Shown: positions 61,923 to 64,000 of the stretch, piece by piece
Layout of the letters: each line of letters begins with the position of its first letter
Numbering within the stretch: position 1 is the stretch's first letter
Source of the DNA: Gammaproteobacteria bacterium
GTDB taxonomy: Bacteria > Pseudomonadota > Gammaproteobacteria > DSM-16500
Length of the DNA stretch: 64,000 nt
Assembly (NCBI GenBank): GCA_035536095.1
Contig: DATLOT010000026.1
Location: forward strand, 8,244 to 72,243
Reading direction: 5' to 3'
Position numbers and translations under genes: made by a program
The notes under the pieces: generated by a model
The model's input: only the letters and a program-made list of their open reading frames with translations
Database searches by the model: none
Told to the model about the DNA's origin: nothing

Positions 61923-62873
61923 ATGAATCAAACATTAACAAAAAAAGATTATGCTATCGGCTATACTGAGCTAACGCTTGCGCAATGCTGTGTTGGTATC
62001 AATGTGATTTGTGGGAAATTTCTCATTGGTTTTTTTCCTATTTTTTTATTGCTTACGATACGCTTTGCTATTGGATTTCTTGGCATGTTAGCAATAGCAC
62101 GTTTAAAAGGCATTAAATTCTTAAGCACATACCACCATTTTGTTTCTCTCAGCATGAAAGACAAACTACTGCTGATCTTTCAGGCTGCTTGCGGTGGTTT
62201 TTTATTTAATGTGTTTATCTTATACGGCATGAAAACCACAAGCGCAACCTCAGCTGGCATCATTAGCAGCATCACGCCCATTATGATTTTTATTTTGGCA
62301 GCTGTATTACTACATGAGAAAATCACCTTACAAAAAAGCGTAAGCATTGTGATGGTGGTGGTTGGCCTCGTTATTTTAAATATGGGCATGGCATCAGATG
62401 CCATGCAGGGTGCGTTCTTAGGGAATTGCTTGGTTTTATTGGCGGTGGTGCCTGAAGCGCTTTTTACGATACTCTCAAAATCGGTAGGTAAAAAAATAAC
62501 AGAGATGGAGGCGGTGATTTTAGTGAATTTATTTAATCTGATTCTCTTCATTCCCTTTGCCGCGATGAGTTTTTCTGACTTTCACCCAGTAGATATCGCT
62601 CGCAATGCATATGGTCTGTTACTAATTTACGGATTATCTGGCGGTATTATGTTTTTCTTACTCTGGTATCGTGGATTAACAAAAATCAAGGCGAATACCG
62701 CTGCTCTTTTTACAGGCGTCATGCCTGTTAGCACAACGATTTTAGCGTTTATCTTTTTACAGGAACCTGTTCATCTTAGCGAAATCATTGGCATGCTGCT
62801 TGTGATCGCCGCTATTTTTGTGGGGTGTAGGAAACAACCTCTCTTGAAGAGTAGAATAAAGGAAATAGCGTGA
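61923..62873 (+). CDS. DMT/EamA family transporter
   Basis: Ten TM segments in two EamA repeats; 'ANTAALFTGVMPVS'. Confidence 0.9.
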   Translation: MNQTLTKKDYAIGYTELTLAQCCVGINVICGKFLIGFFPIFLLLTIRFAIGFLGMLAIARLKGIKFLSTYHHFVSLSMKDKLLLIFQAACGGFLFNVFILYGMKTTSATSAGIISSITPIMIFILAAVLLHEKITLQKSVSIVMVVVGLVILNMGMASDAMQGAFLGNCLVLLAVVPEALFTILSKSVGKKITEMEAVILVNLFNLILFIPFAAMSFSDFHPVDIARNAYGLLLIYGLSGGIMFFLLWYRGLTKIKANTAALFTGVMPVSTTILAFIFLQEPVHLSEIIGMLLVIAAIFVGCRKQPLLKSRIKEIA

Positions 62874-62940
62874 TAATCATTGTCATTAGCGCACCTTGCC
62901 ACAACTAACTACCATATGCCTCCTACAGTTTTAAAATACC

Positions 62941-63294
62941 CCCTTCTGCCCTGTCGGGCATCTTCCCCGAAGGGGGCTTTGCTGAATAAATCGAAAATGC
63001 TCTGTGAGGCACTCGGTGTAACCGAGCCGCGACCGTGAGGGAGCGTCACTGTATTATAAGTTTTAGCTAAAATTTCTTACTTCATGATATTAAATTGCCT
63101 CCTAACGCTATAAATGTTGCACTGTTATACATCATCTTTTATCAGATCCATGTGACGCTCCCTCACGGTCGCGGCTCGGTTTTCGCCGCCGCTGCCGCTT
63201 CATCAAATGCTCTGGGAGGCACTCGGTTACACCGAGTGCCTCCCAGAGCGTCTCCGATTTATTCAACAAAGCCCCCTAAGGGAGAAGACATGCC
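62941..63294. repeat. Composite family 1 repeat cluster (BIME-like)
   Basis: Forward copy 62941-63099, inverted copy 63149-63180, perfect hairpin GCTCTGGGAGGCACTCGGT/ACCGAGTGCCTCCCAGAGC, module 2 copy. Confidence 0.85.
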
Positions 63295-63406
63295 AGACGA
63301 AACTTCAGAGGTAAATCACATTCCCTCCAAATGCACTTTATAGTAGAATCCACCGGAGAATCGAACTAAATCAGCGGGATTCAAATAAAATACGAGAAAA
63401 ATCATT

Positions 63407-63676
63407 ATGTTACCTAGTAAGCTGAAACAAGAATTAAAGGCCAAAGCACACAGCCTAAAACCCATCGTCTTTATTGGCGTAAACGGCCTGACTGACAATG
63501 TGATTAAAGAAATTGATCGCGGCCTAACCGATCACGAAATCATAAAAATACGCATTCATAGCAATGATCGCGATGAAAAACAGGCTCTCTTCGCCAGCGC
63601 CTGTGAAGCAACGAGCGCACATCCTGTACAACTCATTGGCAAAATAGGCGTCATGTATAGGAAGAATCCGGAGTAG
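63407..63676 (+). CDS. yhbY: YhbY/CRM RNA-binding protein
   Basis: 'LKAKAHSLKPIVFIG.NGLT..VI.EID..L..HE.IKI', 'QLIGK..V.YR'. Confidence 0.92.
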   Translation: MLPSKLKQELKAKAHSLKPIVFIGVNGLTDNVIKEIDRGLTDHEIIKIRIHSNDRDEKQALFASACEATSAHPVQLIGKIGVMYRKNPE

Positions 63677-63689
63677 AAAGGAAGAAGAA

Positions 63690-64000
63690 ATGAAATGGAT
63701 AAGCCTGATGGCCATCGCCATCTTGGGTATTGTTTCTGTTGTTAACAACACGTTCGCTGACCAAGCAACAAGCACGCAGCGCTATGGAAAAATTTCGTTA
63801 GACCAATCAAAAGGCATCGCCTTCGAGCAGTTTTTGATGCCAAATTTTTCTTTCAATGTGCTACAAGCCAGAAATAAATTTCCCAACAGTGAACTTGTAT
63901 TGGGAGGACTTGCAGAAGGTGACCTTCAACGATGGCATGGCTCAAAAATCATAACATTACCACTCAGTATTTATGAATCTGGCACTGCTTTATATTTCAC
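63690..64000 (+). CDS. Exported / outer-membrane protein, N-terminal part (runs off the window; possibly LbtU-like porin)
   Basis: ATG after GGAAG, signal peptide ending TFA-D, frame open to the window end. Confidence 0.55.
   Translation, partial: MKWISLMAIAILGIVSVVNNTFADQATSTQRYGKISLDQSKGIAFEQFLMPNFSFNVLQARNKFPNSELVLGGLAEGDLQRWHGSKIITLPLSIYESGTALYF

Noticed and set aside
364-63775. Many short ORFs in the track overlapping or antisense to well-supported genes
   Set aside because: Shadow or alternate-frame ORFs without motifs or RBS
23940-64000. attR duplicate of the tmRNA 3' end and an island integrase
   Set aside because: No second copy of CCGCCTCCACCA and no integrase ORF was seen, so this is not called a site-specific integrative element

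Overview
Chromosomal window from an AT-rich gammaproteobacterium. Gene content (THI5, effector-like ORFs, a PmrA-like box) suggests a Legionellales/Coxiellaceae-like organism, which is an inference. Bases 1-23,960 are mostly core genes: yfgM-bamB-der, ispB, tRNA-Pro, sspBA, tRNA-Gln, rpsI-rplM, an HU-like gene, grpE-dnaK-dnaJ-greA-rlmE-ftsH-glmM, nadK-recN, fur, bamE, ratAB, smpB and ssrA. An ATPase-TPR gene pair is inserted after recN. From the tmRNA 3' end to about 63.4 kb is a roughly 39-kb accretion region with no integrase or attR visible. Its first 12 kb is bracketed by IS3 ends and holds two co-oriented SF1 helicase-nuclease fusions (Hhe-like and TM0106-like), then an XRE + SEC-C/nuclease-like cassette flanked by two identical 102-bp MITE/REPIN-like elements with telescoping nested ends. 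The rest carries a photolyase, a divergent THI5 / thiE-thiM-thiD-thiL locus with back-to-back TPP riboswitches, TA modules (RES-Xre intact, AbiE toxin truncated), MATE/DMT/queuosine-precursor transporters and several orphan effector-like ORFs (one with a C-terminal F-box-like motif, one with a PmrA-like box). At least three dispersed non-autonomous repeat families occur; two of them supply the stop codon of a neighbouring gene. All calls come from motif recognition by eye; no searches were run.
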